Notes under the pieces: model-generated
Databases searched by the model: none
Seen by the model: the letters and a program-made list of their open reading frames with translations, nothing else
What the model was told of the DNA's origin: nothing
Shown here: positions 26,742 to 38,725 of the stretch, one piece after another
Layout of the letters: each line of letters opens with the position of its first letter
Position numbering within the stretch: the first letter of the stretch is position 1
Program-made: the position numbers and the translations under genes
Source: Bispira polyomma
Lineage: Eukaryota
Assembly (NCBI GenBank): GCA_965649765.1
Contig: OZ287752.1
Coordinates: 53,258,001-53,322,000, forward strand
Direction: 5' to 3'
DNA: 64,000 nucleotides

Positions 26742-27703
26742 GGCCACGATTCACAACCAGTTGGACGAACATTAGGTAGTGATAAGGGTAATTCAGTGAT
26801 GAATGGTAACAGTATATTTGTAAAAGAGTTTAATATAAAGTACGAAAACAGTGAATTAGGTTGTTGGGACAGATGCATGTCTGCAATTAACACAAATGGG
26901 CAAAGTTCCAATAGTAATGATTGTCAGCATATGGTAATGTCAGATAGTACAAGTTTTGTCAATAATGTATTCAACACTGATGTTAATGTGAACTTTGTTG
27001 ATAATGATGTCTTTAATAATATTGCAGTTTCAGTGGATGCTGGCGACAATTACCAGTATGAAACCAACAATGTAAATGAATGTATTCAATTTCAGAGCAG
27101 GACCCAGTCGGGTCACCATAGATGGGACAGTAGCACTGAGGGCTGCGTTTCAAATGGGAGCAATCACTATGCTAATTTACCAGTTTGTAACAAAGAGACA
27201 CACACGTGTCAGGTATCAGTCACCAATTGGAAAACTTTTTGTGGGGAAATTCAAAACTTGGCCCCAATTGTTTACATTAGGGATAGGGATGCAAAATTCT
27301 CAGGTTATTTCCACATGTTTTATGATGTGACTGCTGCCAGGTGTATATATGCTCGTGTTGAATTTCCACCTAGCCAAAACCTTTGTATTATTCAAACCTT
27401 TCAAACCATAATCCAGGTTCAAGCTGTTTCTTTAAATACTACCAGTTATACTAATGTGGAAACTCATCACCAGGCTGTAGCCAAGCAAGCTGCTGATACA
27501 TTTTATTATTTCGAAAGAGATAATGCCTGTTTGAAGCAGTTGGGGTTTTGATTATACTGAATACATGACCAGGTTAGTAGATGCACTTATTAGTGACAGC
27601 GAAGATGAAACACTTGACAATTGCCATGAGTCAGACAATTGTGCAGACTTGCTAAATCTAAGTACACAAAAACCAAGTAAGGCTGATTTGTGTTCAAATA
27701 TAC
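26742..27703 (+). pseudogene. Unassigned coding region between gag and RT, probably a long N-terminal extension of pol
   Basis: Open from 26742 to 27551 in the gag frame. An overlapping open stretch (WGFDYTEYMTRLVDALISDSEDE...) bridges to the RT ORF. No recognisable domain. Confidence 0.55.
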
Positions 27704-29519
27704 ATGAACTCGTCGAGCAACGAATTCACCCAAATGGTTGATAGTGTTCGAGCAAACAAGGATTTGTACAAAGAAATTAAGGACTTTAATGACCTCGAGA
27801 AAACCATGGGTTTCTTAGCACTTTCCTCAACAGCATTCACATTCACAGGTCTTGACAAACTTTTTAGAAAAATTGAAACAGTAGAAGACATGCTGCAAGT
27901 GGCTTCTGTTATCAGAGACACTGCACTTCCCAATTATAAACAAGCAAGGGTTCCCCTGGTGTCAGGACTTAATCCAGATGCATGGGATGAAGTTTTCCAA
28001 GATTATCCTGACCAGTTGCTGTGTCAGTATATTAGATTCGGTTTTCCTCTTTCTCTCACCAATCCAAAAATGCTTAACATTGCTTCTGTCACCAATCATT
28101 ATTCTGCCCTCCAACACACAAGTAGTGTAAGAGAATATCTGGTTAAAGAAAGTAATAAGGGTGCCATGTTGGGCCCAGTGAAGGAGGTTAGCTCCTCACA
28201 TTATCATTGTTCACCACTTCTCAAACGTCCCAAGGACATTACTAGTCGTAGGGTAATTCTTAACCTCTCATACCCACAAGGCAATTCGCTTAATGAGAAT
28301 GTTGATAAGAATTTATTTGACGGAAAAAAATTTATTTTGAAATTTCCTACAATCGATGATATTACTAGTGCAATCAAAGTCACAGATGATCCAGTATTGT
28401 TTAAAATCGACGTAGCTCGCGCTTTCCGTAACTTGCGTATAGATCCTGTCGACGCTGTAAAATTAGGAATCCAGTTTGAAAAGGGTAGTTACATAGATCC
28501 TGCAGTAGTGTTTGGCTGGATTCATGGCAGCGCTGCGTTCCAACGCTGCTCTGATGCAATAGCGTCATATATGCGCAAAAACGGTTTCAATATGTTCTGT
28601 TACATCGACGATTACATTTGCGTCTCGAATAGAGCAGAGGCTCATAGGGGTTTTCAGATTTTGACCAAACTGCTAGACTATTTAGGTCTCCCCATGAATG
28701 CCAACAAACGCACCCCACCTAGTACTAGTATTACTTGTTTGGGCATTAACATTGATACTGCCGCTGGTACTATTAGCATTCAGCATGAAAAAATAGAAGA
28801 GATTCTTGAATGTGTGTGTGACGTGTTTAACAGGCGCTTTATAACGCGCAGTCGTTTCCAGTCCCTCTTAGGGAAACTTCTGTATGTGCACAAGTGCGTC
28901 AAGCCGGCACGCACTTTTATTAATAGATTGCTTCACACGTTTAGAAACAACGAGGATAAGAAGAAATTTGCTATTTCTCAAGACATGCATGGTTCAAGCG
29001 GTTCTTACAGACATTTAACGGAGTAACTTACATTGACCCTCCTATTATTCAAAACATGAGTGAGTTACATTTAGACGCTTGCCTTACCGGTTTAGGAGGC
29101 GTGTGGAAAGATGAGGTGTATGCTACACCATATTTCAATGTTTTTGGCAGAGAGTTGACAATAGTTCACTTAGAGATGCTGAATATAATTCTCGCGTTGC
29201 GTGTATGGGCGTTAAAGTGGGCGCATCAACGGATTTTGTTTCACTGTGACAACATGGCCGTAGTACTGGTTGTGAATTCACAAAAACTAAGGATGACTTT
29301 CTGGCATCATGTTTGAGGAATATCTGGCTGCTAGCAACCACACATGACATCACAATTGACATACAACACATTCCAGGGAAAAATAATGTGATTGCAGATG
29401 CTCTATCTAGACTATTTTCAGATAAACCTCCTACTGCAGTGCTAACTATTGAATTACAAAATTGTTATAAATGGAATGAGGTCCCTATAAAGTACTTTGA
29501 CCAGGCTTTATCTGTGTAA
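27704..29519 (+). pseudogene. Reverse transcriptase - RNase H of the DIRS-order element
   Basis: RT motifs 'RRVILNLSYP', 'LFKIDVARAFRNL', 'FGWIHGSAAFQR', 'CYIDDY', 'CLGINID'. RNase H motifs 'DACLTG', 'HLEM', 'CDN', 'HIPGKNNVIADALSR'. Frameshifts near 28985 and 29280. Confidence 0.93.
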
Positions 29520-29527
29520 TTTCAGGT

Positions 29528-30499
29528 TCTGCCAGTTCCACTCACACACTTGTTCAATCAGCCTGCAACAGAATAGACTTGGCACTGCGACCAAAGACCA
29601 CTTCGGCTTACAGTAACCAATTTAAGACATTTTTAGCTTTCTTACATGTTGCAGGCATTAAACACATTAATGTTTCATCAGTTCTGGCCTTCTTAGAATA
29701 CTTAGCACAGAATAGCCTTTCACCGGCTGTCATTGCCAATTACCTCTCATCACTTAAATTTATGGCTAACAAATTACAGTGGAGTATAACTCCTTTTACA
29801 CACAACTCTGTTTCTTTATTTACGAGAAGCATTACCATCAACTCTACTTTCAGGCCTAGACCTAAGGGATTGTTTGATATACATCAGTTAACACAGATAT
29901 CTCAAGCTTGTCAGATATTGCAAGATCCAGTACTTTTTAGGGCTATTTTCCTTCTAGCCTTTTTCGGCTTCTTGAGACTTTCCAATCTGGCTTCTCATTC
30001 TAGGGCAGCGTTTGACCCATCTAGGCACTTTCTTAGACAGGATATTATCTTTGCCCCACCTGGGGCCCATGTCATCTTGAAATGGGCTAAGAACCTTCAA
30101 AACAGATCAGACTCCCACATTATACAAATTCCTGTACTTCAAAACCAAATTTTATGTCCAGTAAGGGCTATACAGCAGCTTATCTTGTCTAGGCCTCTCT
30201 CTCCATCTGCACCACTTTTGGCAGTTAACTCACCACCATTTTACCCAGTCATAGAGACTCATGTGAGAGTCGCATTACAGAGAGTTTTAGAACACATAGG
30301 TATTCCATACCATTCACACGGGTTCCATACATTCAGCAGGTCGGGGGCCACATTTGCCTTCAATAGAAATGTATCACTGCAGATTATTATGTCCCATGGC
30401 CTTTGAAGGTCTTCAGCTGTATGGACCTACCTACAGAAGACCTCCCAAGCTGCTTCAGTGGTGCCTCTCACCTTTGCTGTGGCTATCCCCCCTTCTTAG
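29528..30499 (+). pseudogene. Tyrosine recombinase of the DIRS-order element
   Basis: 'FFGFLRLSN' (catalytic R), 'KWAKNLQ', 'LCPV', 'GFHTFSRSGA', 'HGL*RSSAVWTY'. The conserved Trp is mutated to TGA at 30404-30406, and the original stop is TAG at 30497-30499. No ATG start; the ORF is preceded by a splice-acceptor-like tttcag. Confidence 0.92.
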
Positions 30500-32517
30500 T
30501 TGGGCTTGGGGCTTAAAATTCCATCCTGAAATTTTAACTGACCTTGGTTGTCAACCTGTACATAAGCTAACATGTAAATAATAACCTCAAATGGAATCTT
30601 TTACTGTCTTATAATAAATTTACCTATTAACTTATAACTTATCACACCACCATTGGACTGACTTGTGGGTTTAGCAAAAAGATCCAGTATAATGTCAAAA
30701 CCAATGTGACAGTCCTGTTGAATAGACATACAAGCTGCAGGTTTCGACCCATGCACAACTTTGATTTTTTTACAGCCTGAAAAGTCAGATTGAGAGACAA
30801 TGCTTTATGCATAGGGTGTTAATCTTTGTTGGACATATATTCGTCAGTAGGCTTTTCGGTCACATTATTGCAAACTCATAGTGTTGTCGACGGTTTGCAA
30901 GGCTTTTAGGTCAAGCAATGTTATCAATCATTGTCGCAGATCTTCATGGATCTTTGTTGATCCAACAATCGTTTTGATCTTGGCCAGATTTTCCTGTATA
31001 CAAGTGATCCCTTTTTACTACCCTGAAGGTCTTCAGACGTCCTTAATTAATCTTTGACGTCTTCTTTAGGTCTTCTTTAGGTTGTGCCTCCACTACCAAA
31101 CCAAGGTGTTTGCTAGTCTAGCATAAAGTTGTCCTGGCAGAGTGGCAGATTCTCAGGAGACCAATTCAGTCTTAAAGGTGGGGAAATATACTAAGATCCT
31201 CTACATTATTATTTATTTTAACTTTTTTACAACATTGGTGCATTGTACCATGGCAGAGATACATGCATGATAACGGATCGCCGAGAACTAATTTACCCTA
31301 GATGTATGTGGTAAGACCTGTGGTGAAGTAGTTGCATGTAGTCATTGGTGGTCTTTATAGGATCACAACTAGTTCCTGATTGGTTGCAGTAGAGGAGCAG
31401 TAAATAAAAGTCCTTTATCCAATCACTTTATTGGTCAGCGACATATCGTGCAAGTGCTCTAGGGTTGTTTGCAGATTGGATTAAAGATCAGTCGGTGTCC
31501 TATTGTGAAAGCTGCCGCCCGACACCATGCATTTTGGGTCCATTACACTGATTGGTAACAAATGTTATATGGCTTCCTGATGACAAATATTTAACCTATG
31601 GGATCACACGACTGATAAAACCATTGTACATTTTTTCACCACTTCAAACCATGTTGCTGAGTTGCTGAGGCTTTCTGAAAAGGCTTAAGTAGAAAGTCGT
31701 AGAAAGGAATTACTTGCAAACACAAATTTCTAGGATGAAAACAAACAACAAAGAAAACCTGTTTAATGAGTTATTAGGGATTGATAAATATTTCTAGCAA
31801 GCTATTTTGATTTTATGCCCCAGGTTCTCATGAAGTGGCCATATCTGATGTGTGACTGGGGCTTAAAGAGAGAAGTGTATCATTTTCTAGATTTTTCTCG
31901 GGGATACATGAAAATCATAGTCATTAGAAGTAAGTTTTGAAGAACATACTACGCCTAATTAATACCTTTTAATTAGTAATGGTGATTACCATTTGATCAT
32001 CGACCTCTCGACTTCCCTAACTCATGGTTAAAATACATTATGTTAAAGTCATTTCCTGTATTATGAGTATCATTAATAAACAAATCCTCCTTTATTTCAG
32101 CATGTTTTATTTTTATTTGTCATGTCACAGCAAATTAAACTTTCAATTAACACTTTTTTTTAATTAAAATTTTCTGGAAAGTGTATGATCAACTAAATTG
32201 ACAAATGGTAATCATATTCCAGAGTAGTGGTAATTAATATGCTGTAAGAATCACATTCAATTTTCCCAATGTCTTCTGATTGTGTTAGGTGTTTATCTTT
32301 TTCTCCTTCGCATATTAATCCTATTTTGTGTTTTATTTAAAGTTCTAATAAATGTTTTATAATCTCGACGGGGGAGGACTGGAGGGGGTGGAAACCCGGT
32401 ACTAAGAAATATCAGAAGAAAGAAAAATATCTCCTGTTTTACTTAGAGTCCTCCCGGAAATCAACACCCTGTCATGAAACACCATTGCCTGTCTATAAAA
32501 CTTAACACAGTCAGACA

Positions 32518-32657
32518 NNNNNNNNNNNNNNNNNNNNNNNNNNNNNNNNNNNNNNNNNNNNNNNNNNNNNNNNNNNNNNNNNNNNNNNNNNNNNNNNNNN
32601 NNNNNNNNNNNNNNNNNNNNNNNNNNNNNNNNNNNNNNNNNNNNNNNNNNNNNNNNN
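32518..32657. other. Assembly gap (140 N)
   Basis: Run of n characters. Confidence 1.
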
Positions 32658-33818
32658 AATTAGATTCATTATATTTGAATTATTTGCATGGAGCATTAAC
32701 ACACCTAGTCGGGGATTGAGTATATCTTGACTAATCACTGCATCAGGAATTGCAAGGAGTAAATACTGTAGAATCTGTGTAACTTTTTACTTTCGACGAT
32801 GATGTACTTCAGCTCTATGTGCAAAAAATATATAGACTCTTTAACTAGAGATGTAATTGTCATGCTGACAAGAAGTTCAGTTGTAGGTGATAAAAGACGC
32901 CTCGTAGGTTGGTATGCTCAGTAGTTTGTATTGCTGTATCAAAAGCTTTTGTTTTCTATATTCGAAGATGCCGAAACAGCAAAGCCTTTAGATGAAATCA
33001 GACCATACTGTGCTGCAGCCCTACAATCCCCTGATGAATATCTGTACAAACTAGGAAGTTCATCACCCTCGACATTTGTGTTTGTTATCTCAGGACTAGT
33101 CCAAACTAACTTTGACAGCTGCCAAAATGTTGCTTGCTCATACGGGATGTGGGGGTAATAACTGTGGTTGCATGGGGAAAAGGCGTGTTTGTGGTTTGAC
33201 GGTTAACATTCTCTCCTGCAAACGTGGGTTCAGATCTTAGCCCCAATATGCTTATGAGAAAGCGGGGAGTATACATCATTGAAGATCCGTGGTTTTCTGA
33301 CCAACCTGTATTGGTTTCCTCCATCGGTGAACTAGCCATTACAATAGTGTTGAAAGTGATGTGAAACTAGCATGAGAGAACATACCATTAAAAGTAGAGT
33401 TGGCCAAGCCTGTAAGAGATTTTTTTCAATACAACATATTAATTTTGTTGCTGTTAGGTTGTTTGTTTGTTGTTGTTGATTTATTTGGGGGGGGGGGAAT
33501 ACTCATTTCTACATTTCCCTGCATGAGACTTTAGTTCATGTTGTTGATTCACTTTTTATGAAAAGTGAGTTAGTTCGTTTTGTCTCAGAAATGAGACAAT
33601 TTCTTTTGTTTGAGACCCGATCCCAGTGGATATATTGGCTGTACTATATTGGAGTTTATATTTACATATGTAAGGATTTTTATATCGTGCATTAGTCTTG
33701 TTAATTTTAGACACTGGAATATTTAGACTATGCTTTGTCTTTATACAGAACTGATTAATATTTATACATATTTCTATGACTCCATCAGTATATATATATA
33801 TATCATATATATTTTCAG

Positions 33819-36800
33819 GAAGTTTGCAGATAGCTCTCTTAATTACTCATGCAGTGTGTGTCACTATAGCAGAACAGCCTGATGGAACAGCAGAAGTAAG
33901 TTGTGACAACTATCACAATCCGGCTCTTATTGACATGTTACGTCAACCTGAAGCCAATCCTGAAGTCACAGTCAGCTATCTTCATAATATCCGTTCTCTG
34001 GCTTTTCGAATAAAGGCGATAGCCTTGGATTTAAAGATTATTTATGTGAGTATCACAGAAAGTGCAGACAAAATCAAATAGCATCTATGTAAATCTATAT
34101 TACAATTTTCTCTGTTTCTCTCAGTGACTGATCTGCTGATTTGGTATTTTATTTGGTGGCAGTGAAAAACCTAGGTCTCTATCCAATTTAACTGCAAAGC
34201 TTTAAACGTGCTGGTTTGTACAGACTGTCAGTCCAGTTCTTCTGCAGAGGTTAAGTACTACAAAGTCCGATTTGTTTAGAAAAAATCAGAAGGCACGTAA
34301 CTGAACCATAACAAAGATGTATTTGAAACTTTTCTGCATAATATCTGTCCTTAAACCAAGAAAAGATTAACGATTATTATGCATTATATTTTCAAAAATG
34401 CATCTTGCAGATGGCTACAATCAGTGCTATTATAGAATAACTACTACTTATTTAATTTTCAGTTTATTTGATTTTGCTATGCACATTAAAATTCCCTGAG
34501 GGGAACATTTATGTAAGGTAATTCAAATTATATTTTAAGTTAAAATTAGTGGCAGTTAAGTCAAATCCAAACTGTAAGGGCACTCAGAATAGCACATATC
34601 TCCGCCAAGGTGCCACATTGAGAAGAAGTGAAAAAATCCATTGTTCCACTCTGCTGCCTGGATCTGGTCCACAATGCCACTAATTATATGTTTAAGTCTC
34701 CATCAAATTTCGTGTAAATTAGTTCAATAGTACTTATATGTAATACTGGTGATTAGCATATCAACTAATGTACGCAAAGACACAAGCTCCTTATCTGATG
34801 TAATTAGCTTCTAAAATACAATATAAACTTCTTGTAAATTGATACTAGGCAATTATTGTTAATCTATTTATGCGAACATGGTATAATATCTTGTTGTAAC
34901 CTTATATAGTAACTGATGTGAATAATTTATTCTGTATAGGCCTCAAGAAAAAGAGACATTCAATCTAACCCTCTTGATCTTGTCCCTTCCTTTGAGAGTT
35001 GGCCAGAACTGCAGGTAAGCTGAATAAACTACAAATGTTCTTATAATTGTAACAACTGAGCTGATATGCATGCATGAGTGAAGCCCCGACTTTATATTTG
35101 CAAAGTCCTAGCACGTGATATGTAACAACACAGATTGTTCCAAAGCCTGGTGACATGGCATCTGACAAAGCTAAACATTACCTGCTTTAGGGTGTAACAG
35201 TCAAAATTAATACCATCTAAAAGTTTTTTAAAAATGTGGCTAACGACATAATTGTTCTTCTTATGCCAGCAAAAATAGTAGTTCAAATCGTTGTTAGCGA
35301 CAGATATGTTCAACATCCTATTGTATAAAACCTGTCATCTAGCTGATGGCAACACTGGCTTTTTACGCAAGCAAAAGTAATTATTTGTGACATATAATTT
35401 TTGTCAAGTTAGACAGGAATATTGGCAGTTTATCTTTGGTTAAGAAAATGTATAGCATTCCTAGGTATGTAACAATTGATACATTGTGGTTAAGAGGATC
35501 ATTTGAAATTCATCCTTCATCATCGATCATCCTTCTGCAGTTGCAGGCTAAACAGCAGATTTTAGTTACTGGTGGTGACTGGATGTACTTCTGCAGACCC
35601 TAAAAAGTTAATATTGTATAAAAAAGTTCTTGTAACTATACATGTTCCTTTATAAAGGTTAATTGCTGGAACAAAGATGTCTGAAATACCAAACAGGTAT
35701 ATTAAACATTATACATTTAATAAAGACTCTACCAGACTGTTTACTCTCCCATGTACAGAATTCATAATTGTCACACACAAGTGATAAAAATAACTTTTAC
35801 CAAACAACACATATATCCAGAACAGCCGGTGACATCAGAGACTCAGAGATTTGATTGTCATAGTTAGGGTTGGGGATTGGAAGGTAATAATTAATTTGTG
35901 TAAATAAATAGGTTTTGATTAACAAGTATGACTTTCCAAACATTATAAAACTGACACTGTAGTAAGACTATACCAATGAGAAGTGAATGATCTTTGCAGG
36001 CATAAACTCTAATAACTATCACCGTCATTGCTATAACTATCAGCCAACTATCAAGTTGGTGTGTATTTACTTCTGTCCAGTCAAAAGCTGATGTTACAAA
36101 TCAAATTGTTTTATAGTCCTGGAAGTGTGGAAGTACTGGAACCTAAACTAAAACTCTCTTTACTCTTCTTTTTCTTGGTTAATTACTTGAATGATTGTGA
36201 TTGACAGTATAAATCACTTGTGATTCATCAATATATCAGATCTCCTACCCCAAGTCAGTAAAAAAGAGCAACAGCATTTCATATTATATTAGTAATTTTG
36301 CATCCTATAACAAATAAAATTGATAAAATATACGTAGGAAGGTTCTCAACCTTATCTTGATTGAATCACTAAGATATGATACAATTATAAGTCCAGCAAC
36401 AGACCTAAGTTGTCAATAAACAGTTAATTAAAACACACATTGAGGCCAACTGGCATAACCTTTCTATGTTGTAATAACAATACATAACATTAGTTCATGG
36501 AGGCCTAGCCTCTCACCATTACAATAATATAATAAGTTTACTACACTAATGACCATTTTTGGCCATTGTGTCACCAATACATTATACGAGATCATTAGGA
36601 CCCCATCACAAAAGCGTTTCCATACAATTTAAACATGCTTGTCAGTGGAGTCTTCAGAGAGAGTTCCATGACTTTGACCCAAATACACTAAAACTGCGGT
36701 TGGCAAATGTCCTTGCTTTGTAACATAAATAGATAGTTTCTGTTTCTTGGATCGAAATAGCCGCAGAATAGCCGCAGTCTCTTTTCCTTGAATTAGATTC

Positions 36801-38725
36801 TGTATTTATCTCGGTGCTTTCTGATGAATACATTTATGGACTATTGTCAAAATTTTAAACAATATTCTATAGCAAATTGGAAGTCAGTGGAGTGTCTTTT
36901 GGTGTTTGTAAACTACTGCTGTACTTGTTTAAGTTTAGCACAAGCTTTTCTGGCTCATTTTAAAATTTTTGCATCTGACTTATCCCTTTCTCAGGCAACG
37001 CCATGAAAATACCATTGCAATAGTCCAGATGGGATAGAACAAGGCCATGCTTATAATAAAAAAATATGGTACTTCTGTAAAAAAGTAAACAAAACTGCTA
37101 AATTGTATCTCAATTAACTAAAAACTACCTAACAGAGAGAAAGAGCTTGCCAATATGTATCAATTTATTATAGTTTTATCCAACTTTTGCTTACACCAGA
37201 CAGTTTATGAGCCTAAGCTAAAAGCAAACTAACTCCAAGGGCACTCAGTGGAGTGTACACTCAACACACTGCAAGTTGACAGAGTACCAAATATGTAACA
37301 AAAATATCCAGAATCCACACCATGATCCAGATTCACATTAAAATGTAATGTGTACTTCCTTGGTGCATTCCCTACACCTACATTAATATTGTGTAATCCG
37401 GTGACAATCAAATAAGCAAAGTTACAAAATGTAGCTACCATATGTATTTTGAATTGGATCAGAGCTTAAGTGATAGTTATTGGGTTGGTGGAATATAATT
37501 TCTTACATCGAGATGTGCCAGTTTTAATATCCAGAAAATAAATCCCAAATTGATTGCGCTGAGTGCTTCTGACCTGCACATCTTTTCCTACATGTATAAT
37601 CAAATGAATTTAAATTGGTGTAAATCACTCATTCAAATTGGTGCGAATATTATTTTATTATAATAAACACCTACTGCAACATCCGTGAATTTTGTAGGAT
37701 TCATCGGTACCAAAATGCTGTTGCAGTTGCAAATGCCCTAGTGTTAAGTCGACTTGACTACTGCAACTCACTACTATATAGAATTGGACAGGGAAAAAAT
37801 ACAAGCTGCAAAAAATTCAAAACAACCTATGCATAATTGTTTGCCATGCTGGTCCCAGCTACATACAACACCTCTGCCTAAAAAATTGCACTGGCTGCCT
37901 ATTGAGTTCTATATTAAAATGAAGGTAATTGTCCTCATTGTTAAGACTGTCCATGTACAGCATTAACCTGCCAACTTTCAATCTATGCTGACTCTCAGCT
38001 ATTTTATTAGAGAAAATTGTCTCTCCACTACTGGCTTCTTACCCAAAAAGCTGGCTTGTTCAAAATCAAGTTGCCTGTTGAGTGAAATGGTCTCCCTACT
38101 AGTCTTCTCACTGAGACAAGGATCACAGGTTTCAGGAAAAGCTCAAAACACATCTGTTACAACTTGCTTTTCCAAGTTAACATTCGTTTAACATTCGTCA
38201 GCTGGTCATGACCGAACTGTGATCATCAATCTTTTCTCCTATCTGACTATTCTTTTGCATATTGATTATATGTACCGCAGAGGATGCCTGGTCAACGATT
38301 GTGGCACTATAAAAGTAAAAACATTTACATTTTCTGAGAAACCTAAAATGCCTTTCTTCACTTATTGTCTACTTCAGGATCAAACAACTAGTCGAATTTC
38401 AACTGCTGTTTCTGCTCTGTCTTTGCTGCACCAAGCCATGCTACACCAGGAAAGCCGTGAGGGAAAAATTTTAGCAGAAACCCTAGAAACTCAATTGGAG
38501 CAGCTGACCCAATCCATTATGGCCCTGGATTGCCTGCTCCAGCCTCTGGCTCTTTTACCCAGTGGCCTGGATCCAGTCGAACAAGCCTTGCTATTGGATA
38601 CCCATGCATTGGTGAATATGTTCGTTAGAAACCGTCGTGACAGACACAAGTTACAGAGCTATGTGTTGTTAGAGACAGAGGAACTCATGGGTTTTATCAT
38701 AGACAACATTCCAGTATACTCTTGA
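33819..38725 (+). CDS. Gene B: predicted secreted four-helix cytokine-like protein (>=216 aa), paralog of gene A; first coding exon not located
   Basis: Exons 33819-34045 (ttttcag|, phase 1; hydrophobic SLQIALLITHAVCVTIA; |gtgagt), 34940-35014 (tatag| ... |gtaagc) and 38378-38725 (cttcag| ... TGA). All splice sites are canonical and the frame is open. The last exon aligns without gaps to the last exon of gene A. Confidence 0.8.
37720..38175 (+). mobile_element. L2/CR1-type LINE ORF2 C-terminal fragment in the last intron of gene B
   Basis: 'ANALVLSRLDYCNSLLY', 'KLQKIQ' and 'HTTPLPKKLHWLPIEFYIKMKV'. Confidence 0.8.

Larger units (their letters stand above)
25533..30600 (+). mobile_element. 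Near full-length, mutated DIRS-order (tyrosine recombinase) retrotransposon; termini not resolved
   Basis: Order gag - RT - RNase H - YR on one strand, with no DDE integrase or aspartic protease. Confidence 0.93.

Noticed and set aside
27704-30499. Bacterial retron/DGR or phage integrase system
   Set aside because: The gag-RT-RNase H-YR order and motifs are those of eukaryotic DIRS-order retrotransposons.
24500-30900. Inverted terminal repeats or split direct repeats of the DIRS element
   Set aside because: Only a 13-bp match (ctgaaattttaac at ~25436 and ~30526) was seen, too little to define ends or to assign DIRS, PAT or Ngaro subtype.
32474-32738. ORFs spanning the N run
   Set aside because: Artefacts of the assembly gap.
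32700-33339. Minus-strand gene with an eh1-like motif (FLISILGL)
   Set aside because: Motif spacing is imperfect, the frames are interrupted by stops and no domain is recognisable.
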